Of a stretch of DNA of 64,000 bases, positions 19,062-28,353 are shown one piece after another. Both the position numbers and the translations under genes were made by a program. This stretch comes from an uncultured Chloroflexia bacterium (GTDB lineage: Bacteria; Chloroflexota; Limnocylindria; Limnocylindrales; CSP1-4). How positions within the stretch are numbered: position 1 is the stretch's first letter; every line of letters begins with the position of its first letter. Below the pieces are notes generated by a model. That model was given only the letters and a program-made list of their open reading frames with translations, made no database searches and was not told where the DNA came from. The stretch is taken from contig CAWEAL010000003.1 in NCBI GenBank assembly GCA_963807035.1, forward strand, positions 164,372-228,371, given 5' to 3'.

Positions 19062-19922
19062 ATGCCGACCGACCTGCGCGCCCACACGGGCCTGGCGTAC
19101 GACGACCTGCTGCCGTCCGGGTCACCGGAGGGCGAGCCGAGCGGCCGGCCCGTGCTCCTCGTCCATGCCGGGATCTGCGATCGGCGCATGTGGGACCCCC
19201 AGCTCGGGGTGCTGTCCAAGGACCGACGGGTCCTCCGGCTCGACCTGCGCGGGTTCGGAGCCTCCGACCGGAAGGCGGCCGGAGACTTCGCCCACTACCT
19301 CGAGGTCGCCGCGCTGCTCGATGAGCTCGGGATCGTCGGAGCCCATCTCGTCGGCGGATCGATGGCGGCGGGCGTGATCGCCGAGGTTGCCCTCAGCCGG
19401 CCCGAGCTGGCCGGATCGCTTCTCCTGGTCGCCCCCGGCGGCACCCTGCGGACCGAGGTCACGGCCGACCTCGAGGCCTTCTGGGAGGCCGAGGCCGAGG
19501 CCCTCGCGGACGAGGACCTCGACCAGGCCGTCGAGGCCAACCTCGAGACCTGGCTCGACGGCCCAGGCCAGCCCTCGGACCGGGTCCCGGCATCGGTCCG
19601 GGCGTTCGTCGGGCAGATGCAGCTCAAGGCGTTCGAGAACACCGACGGCTGGGATGACGAGGAGATCGAGGGGTCCCGGCTCGAGCCGGCCGTGGCGTCC
19701 CGGGTCGGCGATCTGCGGGTGCCGACACGGATCCTCGTCGGCGAGCTCGATGTCGCGGCCGTGGGGCGGACCGCCGAGCGGCTGGCCGAGCAGATCCCGG
19801 GAGCGAGCCTCGTTCGGTGGCCCGATGTTGCCCACCTCCCCTCGCTCGAGCGGCCCGACGACTTCAGCCGCCTCGCCCGGGACTGGTTCGCCGAGGTCGA
19901 GGCAGCCGCGTCCCCGGCCTGA
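19062..19922 (+). CDS. alpha/beta hydrolase
   Basis: 286 aa. PVLLVHAGICDRRMW ... HLVGGSMAAGV (nucleophile-elbow-like) pattern. Confidence 0.8.
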   Translation: MPTDLRAHTGLAYDDLLPSGSPEGEPSGRPVLLVHAGICDRRMWDPQLGVLSKDRRVLRLDLRGFGASDRKAAGDFAHYLEVAALLDELGIVGAHLVGGSMAAGVIAEVALSRPELAGSLLLVAPGGTLRTEVTADLEAFWEAEAEALADEDLDQAVEANLETWLDGPGQPSDRVPASVRAFVGQMQLKAFENTDGWDDEEIEGSRLEPAVASRVGDLRVPTRILVGELDVAAVGRTAERLAEQIPGASLVRWPDVAHLPSLERPDDFSRLARDWFAEVEAAASPA

Positions 19923-19941
19923 CGGCCTATCCTCTGGCCGT

Positions 19942-20038
19942 GGGAGCGGAGGGGTCCCGGTGGGTCCCCCGGTCTTCAAAACCGGTGGCGCCACGCTCCG
20001 CGTGACGCGGTGGGTTCGACTCCCACGCGCTCCCGCCA
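19942..20038 (+). tRNA. selC: tRNA-Sec (anticodon UCA)
   Basis: ~97 nt. Anticodon arm CCGGU-CUUCAAA-ACCGG gives U33-UCA-A37. Long variable arm (..CCGCG UGA CGCGG..). T arm GUGGG-UUCGACU-CCCAC. 5' GGGAGCG pairs with 3' CGCUCCC, followed by G-CCA. Sits between selD and selA/selB. Confidence 0.85.
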
Positions 20039-20047
20039 CGAAACGTG

Positions 20048-20075
20048 TTCAGACGGGTTCAGACGGCTCAGACGG
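20048..20075 (+). repeat. three direct copies of (T)TCAGACGG at 10-bp period, 10 nt after the tRNA-Sec 3' end
   Basis: TTCAGACGG g TTCAGACGG c TCAGACGG read directly. Confidence 0.8.
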
Positions 20076-20252
20076 CGGCGCGACGTCCGAGGCGCCGCTT
20101 CGTGCCGTGCGGCCGGAGCCGGTTGCTACGCGGTCCCCCACCCCAACAGCACCAGTACGGCTGCCACCGCGAGCAGAACGGAGCCGGCGATCGCCACCGG
20201 CCACCATCTGCCGAGCCGGCCGCCCGGTCGGGTGGGCCCGAGCGGGCGATCC

Positions 20253-20474
20253 TCACTCTGGTGCGGTGGGCATCCGCTTCCGACACTCCGGGCAGAGATC
20301 GCGGCCGGCGTCGCCCCGCCGAAGGTCGCGCAGCTCGATCCGCAAGCCAGCCGGGCAATCGAAGAACGTGTGGTAGCCCAGCCCAGGCGTCACCCGCCCG
20401 TCGTGATACGGCCGCCGGGCCATCCACGCGACGACCCCTGTTGAGATCTCCTCGAGGTCTTCTGCCGTGTGCAT
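20253..20474 (-). CDS. hypothetical small protein (73 aa)
   Basis: Internal ATG of ORF 20253..20816 (MHTAEDLEEISTGVVAWMARRPYHDG...CPECRKRMPTAPE). No family recognised. A C-terminal TM-like segment is encoded just downstream in another frame. Confidence 0.3.
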   Translation of the reverse strand: MHTAEDLEEISTGVVAWMARRPYHDGRVTPGLGYHTFFDCPAGLRIELRDLRRGDAGRDLCPECRKRMPTAPE

Positions 20475-20701
20475 GGCCTCCCTGAAGGTTCCAGTGTGGC
20501 GCGGGAGCCGCGCTCGCGCAACGGATGCGCGGTCGCCGATACACCCGCTGGTTCTCGAAGCGTGGGCGGGCCGGGGGGCCGTTGGCCTCAGGCACATAGG
20601 TCGTATGGCTCTGTTCCCAGAGCTTGCGTGGCGGGACGATCCCGACCGGGTGGCCGACACCCGCCCCGCGATCGGCCGCCACGAGACTGAGGGACAGGCG
20701 G

Positions 20702-21194
20702 ATGCGCTCCTTGCCGGAGACGGCTCACGAACATCGCAACCGGATCGAGGCGCACGTGGACCGGCTGCCCGAGCTCGCCGAGATGATCGGACGAGTCTCC
20801 CCGGACGAGTTCGCATCGAGCTTCGAGGTGGAATGCGGCTTCATCGTGGGTGAGCTCGTACCGCACATGGAGGCGATCGAGAAATCGCTCTACAGGCAGC
20901 TTGAGCAACTCATGGGCAATCGGCATTCGATGACCCCGATGCGACGCGAGCATGACCAGCTGCGGGGGCTTTTCAAGTCGCTTTGCGAGTATCGCAGGGA
21001 GGCAGCCGGCGGGACCCTGGATCAGGCGGGGGAGGTCGGGCTTCGGCGGGTCCTCTATCGGCTGTACTCGATCCTGAAGGTCCACCTCGCCGAGGAGGAG
21101 CTCTACCTGCGAGTGCTCGAGGGACAACCTCTCGGCGGAGGCGAAGGACGTCCTGGCCCGGGGCATCGATCACGCGGTCGCCAAGCCGCTCTAG
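20702..21194 (+). pseudogene. hemerythrin (HHE cation-binding) domain protein, frameshifted near 21125
   Basis: MRSLPETAHEHRNRIEAHVDRL...HMEAIEKSLY...RHSMTPMRREHDQL...LKVHLAEEELYLRVLEG is in frame 2. The conserved tail NLSAEAKDVLARGIDHAVAKPL* is in frame 0. It is a paralog of the 21799..22294 gene. Confidence 0.7.
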
Positions 21195-21206
21195 ACCGAG
21201 CCGGCG

Positions 21207-21775
21207 CTACCCGGACCCGGCCGGGCCAAACCGATCTGGGTGGCCCCGATCCCTCGGCTTGGTCACGGCTTCGAGGTACCGCGCGTTGAACTCGGCGATC
21301 AGCCGAGCGCGCTCCTTCATCACGGCCGCCCATTCGTCGATGGCCAGCGTAGCCGGCGCTGGTCAGCTCGTAGTCGCGCCGCTGTGGCCCAGCCGCCTCG
21401 GCCGACCATGAGGAGGTGACCATGTCCGGCCTCCTCGAGGTCGCGCAGCGTCCGGTAGACCTGCCCGACATCGACCGGCCCACCGGTGATGCCCATCTCT
21501 TCGAGCTGGGCCGTGATCGCGTAGCCGTGGGTACGCCCGCCCGCCAGCAGGACGAGGACGAACGGCTCCATCCAGCGACGCCGGCTACCGAGCGGTGCCC
21601 ACCCTCGGTGGATCGGGGTCCCCGCCGAATCGCGATCGGAGCTGAGAGCGTCGTTGTTCGCGTCCGGCTGGGCGGCCGTGCCCGCGGGGTCGCCACCTAC
21701 TTCCCCTCCCGACCTTGGGTGATATCTCGACGCACTCATCTGCGTCTGGAGCATAGTCGCCTCTGGGAGGTGCAT
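21207..21775 (-). pseudogene. PadR-family transcriptional regulator, two frameshifts (about 21421 and 21345)
   Basis: WMEPFVLVLLAGGRTHGYAITAQLEEMGITGGPVDVGQVYRTLRDLEEAGH / VTSSWSAEAAGPQRRDYELTSAGYA / AIDEWAAVMKERARLIAEFNARYLEAV...* are read in three successive frames. Start uncertain. Confidence 0.7.
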
Positions 21776-21798
21776 CGAAGCGGGACCCGGGTCGGCGG

Positions 21799-22294
21799 TC
21801 AGGCCCCGGCGATCCCTGGGTGCTTCATCGCCGCCGCGAGCGCGTCGGCGGCTTCAGCCGACACGCCGTGGTCGACGATTCCTGCATAGAGCTCCTCCTC
21901 GGCGAGGTGGACCTTCAGGAGGGCGTACAGGCCGGAAGATGACCCGCCGCAGGGCGACGGCTTCGCCGGTCGAGAGCCGACCACCGTCCACGTCCTTCTG
22001 CATGCGCAGAAGGTCGTCGATCAGCTTGCGAATCTCCCCGTGCTCCCGTCGCATCGGGGTCATCGAGTGGCGGTTCTGGAGCATTCGCTCGAGCTCCGGG
22101 TAGAGGGTCCGCTCGGCCGCCTCCATGTGGGGGATCAGGAGCCCGGTCAGGAACGACGCGATCTCGTCCAACGGCGGTGCCAACTCCGCGACGGGCACGG
22201 AGCCGATCCGGTCGCCGAGGACCGGCATCCGGTCGACATGCCGCATCAGTCGCTCGTGGTGTTCGTGTGCCACGCCTTGCAGGGTCGGAATCAT
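21799..22294 (-). pseudogene. hemerythrin (HHE) domain protein, frameshifted near 21931
   Basis: MIPTLQGVAHEHHERLMRHVDRM...HMEAAERTLY...RHSMTPMRREHGEI...ALRRVIF in one frame, then LYALLKVHLAEEELYAGIVDHGVSAEAADALAAAMKH...* in the next. Confidence 0.7.
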
Positions 22295-22432
22295 CGAAGA
22301 CCTCCTCGGCGCCTGGCCGGCTTCCCATCCCGGACCTGTCTTCCAGCCGGGCATGTCGAGAACGTGGCACGGGCGTGGGCCCGGCCAAAGATCGAAACGC
22401 GCGTCGTCGCGGTCGGCGGCCGAATCGCGCCG

Positions 22433-23623
22433 CTACCCATGGTCGGCCCCCTTCGGCCCCTCCTGTGGAGCTTCGGCCAGCGCGAGGAAGAACAGCGCGA
22501 CGGGCCGGTACACGGCGTGAGCGAACTTCATGAATGGGGCGAGCAGGACGAGCTCCATTGCGACGGCGACATGGAACAGGAACACCCAGTAGCCCCAGCC
22601 GGGCGCGCTCGGGAGGTACAGGGCGAGCTCGATCGCGAAGCCGGTCACGCCGGTGATCCAGAGCAAGGCGAGGAACGTCCAGTCGGCGGCCGTCGAGTGG
22701 CGGACCGATCGCTCGTCGCCGCGCAGTCGCTGGAGGATGAGCATGCTCACGCCGTAGACGAGCAGCAAGCCGGCGACGGTGCCCAGCAGGCGGACGGGAT
22801 ACCAGACCGGGACTGGCGTACCGGTGGCCTTGATCCCGATCACGGCCAGGCCGTAGTCGAGGATCGTGGCGGCCAGCAACCCGAGGAAGCCCCACATCGT
22901 CGCGGCATGGAGGAACCAGCGACGGCGGAACCAGGGCAGCCGATCCGCGTCCGGGTCGCAGTCGGCGCGGTAGCGGCGTTGTCCGAGCGACTCGACGCCC
23001 AGGGCGCTCCACAGGGCGCCCAGGGATCGGCGCAGCGCGGGCCGGCTGCCGACGACGGAGCGCCAGCCGACGCCGCCTTCGCGGGCGAGCCGGCGAGCCA
23101 TCGTCACGACCCCGGCCAGGCCGGCCACGAACACGAGGACCATCACGCCGATCCCGATGTTGTGGATGAGCTCCTCGGGGATGAACCCGAAGATGTCGAG
23201 CGACTCGACGCTCTGGGCGCCGTGCGCTGCATACATGAACAGGGCGAAGAAGGCGGCCAGCGCCACCGCGATGAATGTTCCCAGGAACGGGCGGGTGTAC
23301 ATCGTCCGGGCGAGCCCCGTCCGGTCATAGCCGGCGATCGCGTAGCGGCGGGCGGCGGCCATGAACTCGCTCGGCTCGGCCTGGGTCGGGCACGTCTCGG
23401 AGCATTCGCCACAGGCGTAGCAGGTCCACAGCTCCTTGCTCGAGAGGAGCTTGTCGCGCAGGCCGACCTGGGCGTAGCGGATCATCCGCCGCGGGAACGT
23501 CGCGTCGTTCGTGACGAGCGGGCAGGTCGCCGTGCAGGTCCCGCAGCTGAAGCAGGCCGACACGTCTGCCGCGCCGAAGCGCTGCAGGTCGGTGAACAGG
23601 CCGGTGTCCACCTGGGTCGTCAT
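22433..23623 (-). CDS. QmoC-like membrane redox subunit (HdrC-like 2x[4Fe-4S] domain fused to an HdrE/DsrM/NarI-like cytochrome b membrane domain)
   Basis: 396 aa. CFSCGTCTATCP and CYACGECSETCP motifs, then about six TM helices with conserved His (FLHAATMWGF, FLFHVAVAMEL, KFAHAVYRP). Confidence 0.8.
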   Translation of the reverse strand: MTTQVDTGLFTDLQRFGAADVSACFSCGTCTATCPLVTNDATFPRRMIRYAQVGLRDKLLSSKELWTCYACGECSETCPTQAEPSEFMAAARRYAIAGYDRTGLARTMYTRPFLGTFIAVALAAFFALFMYAAHGAQSVESLDIFGFIPEELIHNIGIGVMVLVFVAGLAGVVTMARRLAREGGVGWRSVVGSRPALRRSLGALWSALGVESLGQRRYRADCDPDADRLPWFRRRWFLHAATMWGFLGLLAATILDYGLAVIGIKATGTPVPVWYPVRLLGTVAGLLLVYGVSMLILQRLRGDERSVRHSTAADWTFLALLWITGVTGFAIELALYLPSAPGWGYWVFLFHVAVAMELVLLAPFMKFAHAVYRPVALFFLALAEAPQEGPKGADHG

Positions 23624-23657
23624 CGGACCGATTCCGTGGGCTGGCTCGGGCTGGCAG

Positions 23658-23906
23658 TCATGCCGGCTCCTTCTCGATCGATTCGTAGCGGAAGTAGCCT
23701 TCGTCGGTCGCCCCCTTGACTTCCCGGAGGTGGCCGTAGCGACGCATGCCCATCACCCAGAAGACGACTTCGTGGGTCGGGCAGCCGAGGGCCGCGGCAA
23801 TCTCGGGCACGGTCCGTGGCCCGTCCCGGAGGATGGCCAGGATCTGGGCGCGCATGACCGGCTCCTCGCGGACGATCTCGCGGAGCTCGCGGTTCGGTCC
23901 GTTCAT
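23658..23906 (-). CDS. small winged-helix-like protein (82 aa) inside the hdr/qmo-like operon
   Basis: ATGA overlap with the hdrA-like stop. ...ILAILRDGPRTVPEIAAALGCPTHEVVFWVMGMRRYGHLRE... is HTH-like. Family not recognised. Confidence 0.5.
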   Translation of the reverse strand: MNGPNRELREIVREEPVMRAQILAILRDGPRTVPEIAAALGCPTHEVVFWVMGMRRYGHLREVKGATDEGYFRYESIEKEPA

Positions 23907-25645
23907 GCCACCGGGACCTCCAGCAGGCTGTCGATCATCGCGCTGATCTGGGCATCGGTGTAGCCACGCAGATCGATCGCGTTCTCGGGGCAGATCGGGA
24001 CGCACCCGCCGCATCCCTTGCAGCCGGTCTCGCTGATGATCGCCGTCGCCTTCGATCCGCCGGTGGCCATCTCGATCGCTCCGTACGGGCAGGCGTCGAG
24101 GCACGCGCCGCAGGCCGTGCAGGCATCCGGATCGACCGTGGCGACGAGCGGATCGAGCTCGGCGAAGCCCTTCTTCAGGATCACCGCACTCTGGGTGACG
24201 GCGGCCAGGCCCGAAGCGACGCTCTCGCTCGAGTTCTTCGGGCCCTGGCAGGCGCCCGCGATATAGACCCCATCGACGACGGTCTCGACCGGCCGGAGCT
24301 TGGGGTGGATCTCGTTGAAGAACCCGTCCGCTCCGAGCGGCAGCTTGAGGATCCCGATGAGCTCCTCGTTCTTGCGCGGGATCATGCCGGTGACGAGGAC
24401 GACCAGGTCGGCTGGAATGGCCAGCTCCTCGCCCCCGGTGAGTAGGTCGCGCACGGTGACGACCAGGCGCCCCGCGGCGTCGCGGGCCACGGCCGGAGGC
24501 GCGTCGTCGGCGAACTTCAGGTAGACCGAGCCGAGCTTGCGCGACTCGGTGTACATCAGCTCGAACTTGCCGTAGGTCCGCATGTCGCGGTACAGGTGGT
24601 ACTGGTGGACCTGGGCGTCCCGGGACGCCAGCTGGACCGACGTGGCGACCGTCGCCGCACAGCAGTAGCGCGAGCAATAGGTGTTCGCGCCCGGCTTGTC
24701 CGCCGCTTCGCGGCTGCCGACGCAATAGACGTAGACGACGTTGCGCACCGGCTTTCCGCCGTAGGTGAGCGGGCCCGTGGAACGGTCGACCAGCTCCTTG
24801 AACTCGGGCAGCGTGACGACGCCGTCGATCCCGTAGCCGTAGTCGCCCACCTCCGGCTGGTAGGTCTCGAACCCGGTCGCCACGATGATCGAGCCGACCT
24901 CGACCGAGAGCGTCTCGGGCGTGGGCCCGCTGATCCGGAGCCCGACCTGGTAGTTCCCGAAGCCGCCCGACTTGCTCACGAGCTCGGTCCCGGTGAAGAC
25001 GGTGATCGCCGGGCGCCGGCGGACCTGCTCGATCAGGGAGGCGATCAGTGCCCGGCCGTTCTTGCCGGTCGGATACATCTGGTCGAACCGGCCGACCCAG
25101 CCGCCGAGCTCGGCCTGGCGTTCGACCAGGAAGACGCCCAGCCCGATGTCGGCCAGCCCGATGGCCGCCCTCAGCCCGGCGACGCCGCCGCCGACCACGA
25201 GCGTCTTCTGGGTGGTCTCGACGACGAGCGGCTCGAGCGGATCCGACAGCCGGGTCCGGGCAATGCCGGCCTTGACCAGGCTGATCGCCTTGTTCGTCGT
25301 CCCTTGTGCATCGTCCGACTGGACCCAGGAGTCCTGCTCCCTGACGTTGACCTGGGTGTACTCGTACGGGTTGAGGCCGGCTCGCTTGGCCACGCCCCGG
25401 AAGGTGACCACGTGGAGCTTCGGCGAGCACGACGCGACGACGAGACCGTCGAGGTGCTGCTCCTCGATGTCGCGCTCCATCTCGCCCTGGCCCGAGTCCG
25501 CACAGGCAAACATCATCTGGCGGGCGACTACCACACCTTCCTCGGCCTGGGCCGCGGCGACGACCTGGTCGATGTCGACGTGGTCGGAGATGTTGCCGCC
25601 GCAGTGGCAGACGTAGACCCCGATCCGACGCTCGCGCCCGGTCAT
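23903..25645 (-). CDS. hdrA: HdrA-like FAD/Fe-S flavoprotein (QmoB-like without the MvhD domain)
   Basis: 580 aa. N-terminal IGVYVCHCGGNISDHVD Cys-cluster domain, dinucleotide fold TLVVGGGVAGLRAA, CSRYCC motif, and C-terminal ferredoxin CTACGACLDACP / CKGCGGCVPICP. Confidence 0.85.
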   Translation of the reverse strand: MTGRERRIGVYVCHCGGNISDHVDIDQVVAAAQAEEGVVVARQMMFACADSGQGEMERDIEEQHLDGLVVASCSPKLHVVTFRGVAKRAGLNPYEYTQVNVREQDSWVQSDDAQGTTNKAISLVKAGIARTRLSDPLEPLVVETTQKTLVVGGGVAGLRAAIGLADIGLGVFLVERQAELGGWVGRFDQMYPTGKNGRALIASLIEQVRRRPAITVFTGTELVSKSGGFGNYQVGLRISGPTPETLSVEVGSIIVATGFETYQPEVGDYGYGIDGVVTLPEFKELVDRSTGPLTYGGKPVRNVVYVYCVGSREAADKPGANTYCSRYCCAATVATSVQLASRDAQVHQYHLYRDMRTYGKFELMYTESRKLGSVYLKFADDAPPAVARDAAGRLVVTVRDLLTGGEELAIPADLVVLVTGMIPRKNEELIGILKLPLGADGFFNEIHPKLRPVETVVDGVYIAGACQGPKNSSESVASGLAAVTQSAVILKKGFAELDPLVATVDPDACTACGACLDACPYGAIEMATGGSKATAIISETGCKGCGGCVPICPENAIDLRGYTDAQISAMIDSLLEVPVA

Positions 25646-28353
25646 GCCGGCACCTTCGCCTGTTCCAGGTAGGCCGCCACCTGGGCCACGGTCGAGCCCG
25701 CGTGGAGGATCGAATCGGCGATGTCCTTGGCGCCCGAGGCGGCCCCGGCGACGTACACGCCGGGGATGCTGGTCTGGCCCGGATTGGCGTCCTCGTCGGT
25801 CTCCGCCACGTAGTGGAATTCGTCCTCGGCCAAGCCGCCCAGGGGGAAGAGCGCCTGGGCATCGCTGTTCGGTTGGACCCCGACGGCGAGCACGACCAGG
25901 TCATACTCGGCCTCGACCAGGCCGCCGCCGTTCTCGATGTCCTCGTAGCGCAGGACCAGGTCGCCGTTGTCCTTCTCGGTGATCTTGGCCACCCGGCCCT
26001 TGACGTAGTTGGCACCCATCGCCCGGGCCTGCTGGTAGAACTCCTCGTAGCGCTTGCCGGGTGCCCGGATGTCCATGTAGTGGACGGTCACGTCGGCGAT
26101 CGGCAGGGCGCCCATGATCAGCTGGTTCTGCTTGATCGAGTACATGCAGCAGAAGCGCGAGCAGAGCGGATTGCCGACCGTCTCGTCGCGCGAGCCCGTG
26201 CACAGCACGTAGGCGATCCGCTCGGGGACCTTGCCGTCGCCCGGCCGGAGGATCGTGTTGAACGGCCGGGTCGGGGCGAGCAGGCGGTCCATCTGCATCC
26301 CGGTGATCACGTTCTTGAACGCGCCATAGCCGTACTCCGGCTTGAGGTCGGCCGCGAAGAGCTTGAAGCCCGTGGCAACGACGACCGCGCCGACTTCGAT
26401 ATCGAGCACCTGGTCGCGGGCGTGGAGGTCGATGCAGCCGTCGACCGGGCAGGCGTCGACGCACTCGCCGCACTCCGAGCAGACGCCGCAGTCGAGGCAC
26501 AGGCCGGCGCCACGATGGGCCTCCGCTTCGGTCATCGGCAGCTCGACCTCGCGGAAGTCGGTGGGTGCGGCGCTGATCACCTCGCTCGGCTCGAGCGGGA
26601 CGGCCAGGCGGTACGCCTTCTGGCGTGCCAGGACCTGGGCCTTGTCGACGACCGGCAGGCGCCGGTCGAACCCGTCGAGCGCCTCGCCGTTGACCCAGCG
26701 ATCGATCATGTGCGCGGCACGCTGGCCCTGGCCGGTCGCCCGGGTGATGTCGGATGCGCCCGACACGACGTCGCCGGCCGCGAACAGCCAGGGAACGCCG
26801 CTCTGGAGCGTTTCGGGATCGACCGCAAGCGTGCCGCCCGGATTGGCCTGCACCTGCGCCGAGAACCCGCTCGTGTCGGGGGCCATCCCGATCGCGGTGA
26901 TGATCACCTCGCAGGCGATCTCGAAATCACTGCCCGGCACCGGCTCGGGCCGGCTCCGGCCGGACGCGTCCGGCCGGGCCGGCGCCATCCGGCTGCAGCG
27001 CAGGGCACGGGTCGCTCCGTGCCCGTCGTCGAGGACCTCGACCGGCGCGGCCTCGAAGACGAACCCGACCCCCTCCTGTTCGGTGTCATCGGCTTCGACA
27101 TGGTGGGCCGGCATCTCGGTCCGGGTGCGCCGGTAGACGACCGTGACGTCCTCCGCGCCCAAGCCGGCGGGCCGTCCGGGCCGTGTCCATGGCAACGTTC
27201 CCGCCGCCGATCACGACGACCCGCTTGCCCGACAGGTCGATGCCCTCACCGAGCTTGACCGCCCGCAGGAAGGCGACGCCGCTGAGCACGCCGTCGAGCT
27301 GCTCGCCGGGTACGCCGAGCTTCGTCGAGAGCGGGGTGCCGGTCGCCACCAGGACGGCGTCGTAGCCTTCGCCGTGGAGCGCCTCGAGGTCCTCCACCGG
27401 CGTGTTCGTGGCGATCTCGACGCCGAGCGCGGTGACATTCGCGATGTCCTGCTCGACGACCTCGGATGGCAGCCGGTAGGCCGGGATCGCGAGGCGCAGG
27501 AATCCGCCGGCCTTCGGCGCCGCGTCGAACATCCTGACCGCATAGCCCTTGCGGGCGAGCTGCCAGGCGGCAGTCAGGCCGGCCGGGCCGGTGCCAACGA
27601 TCGCCACCCGGTGTCCGTTGGGTTCGGGGATCGCGATGCCGGGACCATCGAACGCGTCGTAGTGGATGTCGGCGATGAACCGCTTGAGGCGGCGGATCGG
27701 AAGCGGTCCCTCGAGCGAGCCACGCGTGCATTCGAGCTCGCACGGCGCGTAGCAGGCCCGCCCGAGCGTACCGACGAGTGGCGTCGCGTCGAGGACGAGC
27801 TGGAACGCCTTCTCGTACTCGCCGCTCCGGATGAGCGACACGTAGCCGTGGGCCTGGATCCCGGCCGGGCAGGTGTACGAGCAGGGCGAGGATCCGGCCC
27901 GCTCGATGACGGCTTTCTTGGGCACGGCCTGGGGGAACGCGATGTAGGCCGCCCGGCGCTGCGATCATGTCGGCGTTGAACTGGTCGGGGACCGCCACGG
28001 TGCAGGCCGTCTCGCACTGCTGGCAGCCGGTGCAGGTCGCCTCGTTCGACGAATCGGGCCTTGCGGGTGACTTTCGCCTTGAATCGGCCTCCGGCACTGG
28101 GCGTGATGCCGTCGACTTCGCTGTAGGTGAGGGTGGTGACGTTCGGATGGTGGATCGAGGCGGCCATCTTCGGCGTCGAGATGCAGCTCGCGCAGTCGAG
28201 GGTCGGGAAGACCTTGCTGAGCAGGATCATCTTCCCGCCCACGCTCGCCTCCTTCTCGACGAGAAGGACGCGGTAGCCCATGTCGCCCAGCTTCAGGGCG
28301 GATTCCATGCCGCCGATGCCCGCCCCGACGACGAGGACGTCGTAGTCGGTCAT
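25642..28353 (-). pseudogene. giant HdrA-like flavoprotein with an inserted GltD/NfnB-like NAD(P)H-binding module ('HdrL'-like); three apparent frameshifts
   Basis: Domain continuity runs across four frames. (1) MTDYDVLVVGAGIGGMESALKL...KVFPTLDCASCISTPK...KARFVE. (2) EATCTGCQQCETACTVAVPDQFNADMIA. (3) RRAAYIAFPQAVPKKAVIERAGSSPCSYTCPAG...GRACYAPCELEC...VAIVGTGPAGLTAA...VVVIGGGNVAMDTARTARRLG. (4) AEDVTVVYRRTRTEMPAH...AAGDVV...CLDCGVCSECGECVDACP...CSRFCCMYS...GVYVAGAASG. Breaks at about 28044, 27959 and 27157. 4-nt overlaps with both neighbours. Confidence 0.75.

Noticed and set aside
17605-19125. 506-aa ORF on the minus strand spanning selD.
   Set aside because: Only its last 88 codons (from GTG 17868) are real; they form the fdhA N-terminus up to the Sec UGA. 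The upstream part is an out-of-frame read through selD with Arg/Pro-rich composition.
20038-20050. The 9-mer CGAAACGTG is shared between the tRNA-Sec 3' flank and the TIR of the element at 63841..64000.
   Set aside because: A single 9-nt match is expected by chance about once in 128 kb of two-strand sequence. There is no extended similarity around it.
20702-28353. Programmed ribosomal frameshifting as the explanation for the frame breaks.
   Set aside because: There are seven breaks in four unrelated genes, with no shared slippery heptamer or downstream structure. Decay or assembly error is far more parsimonious.
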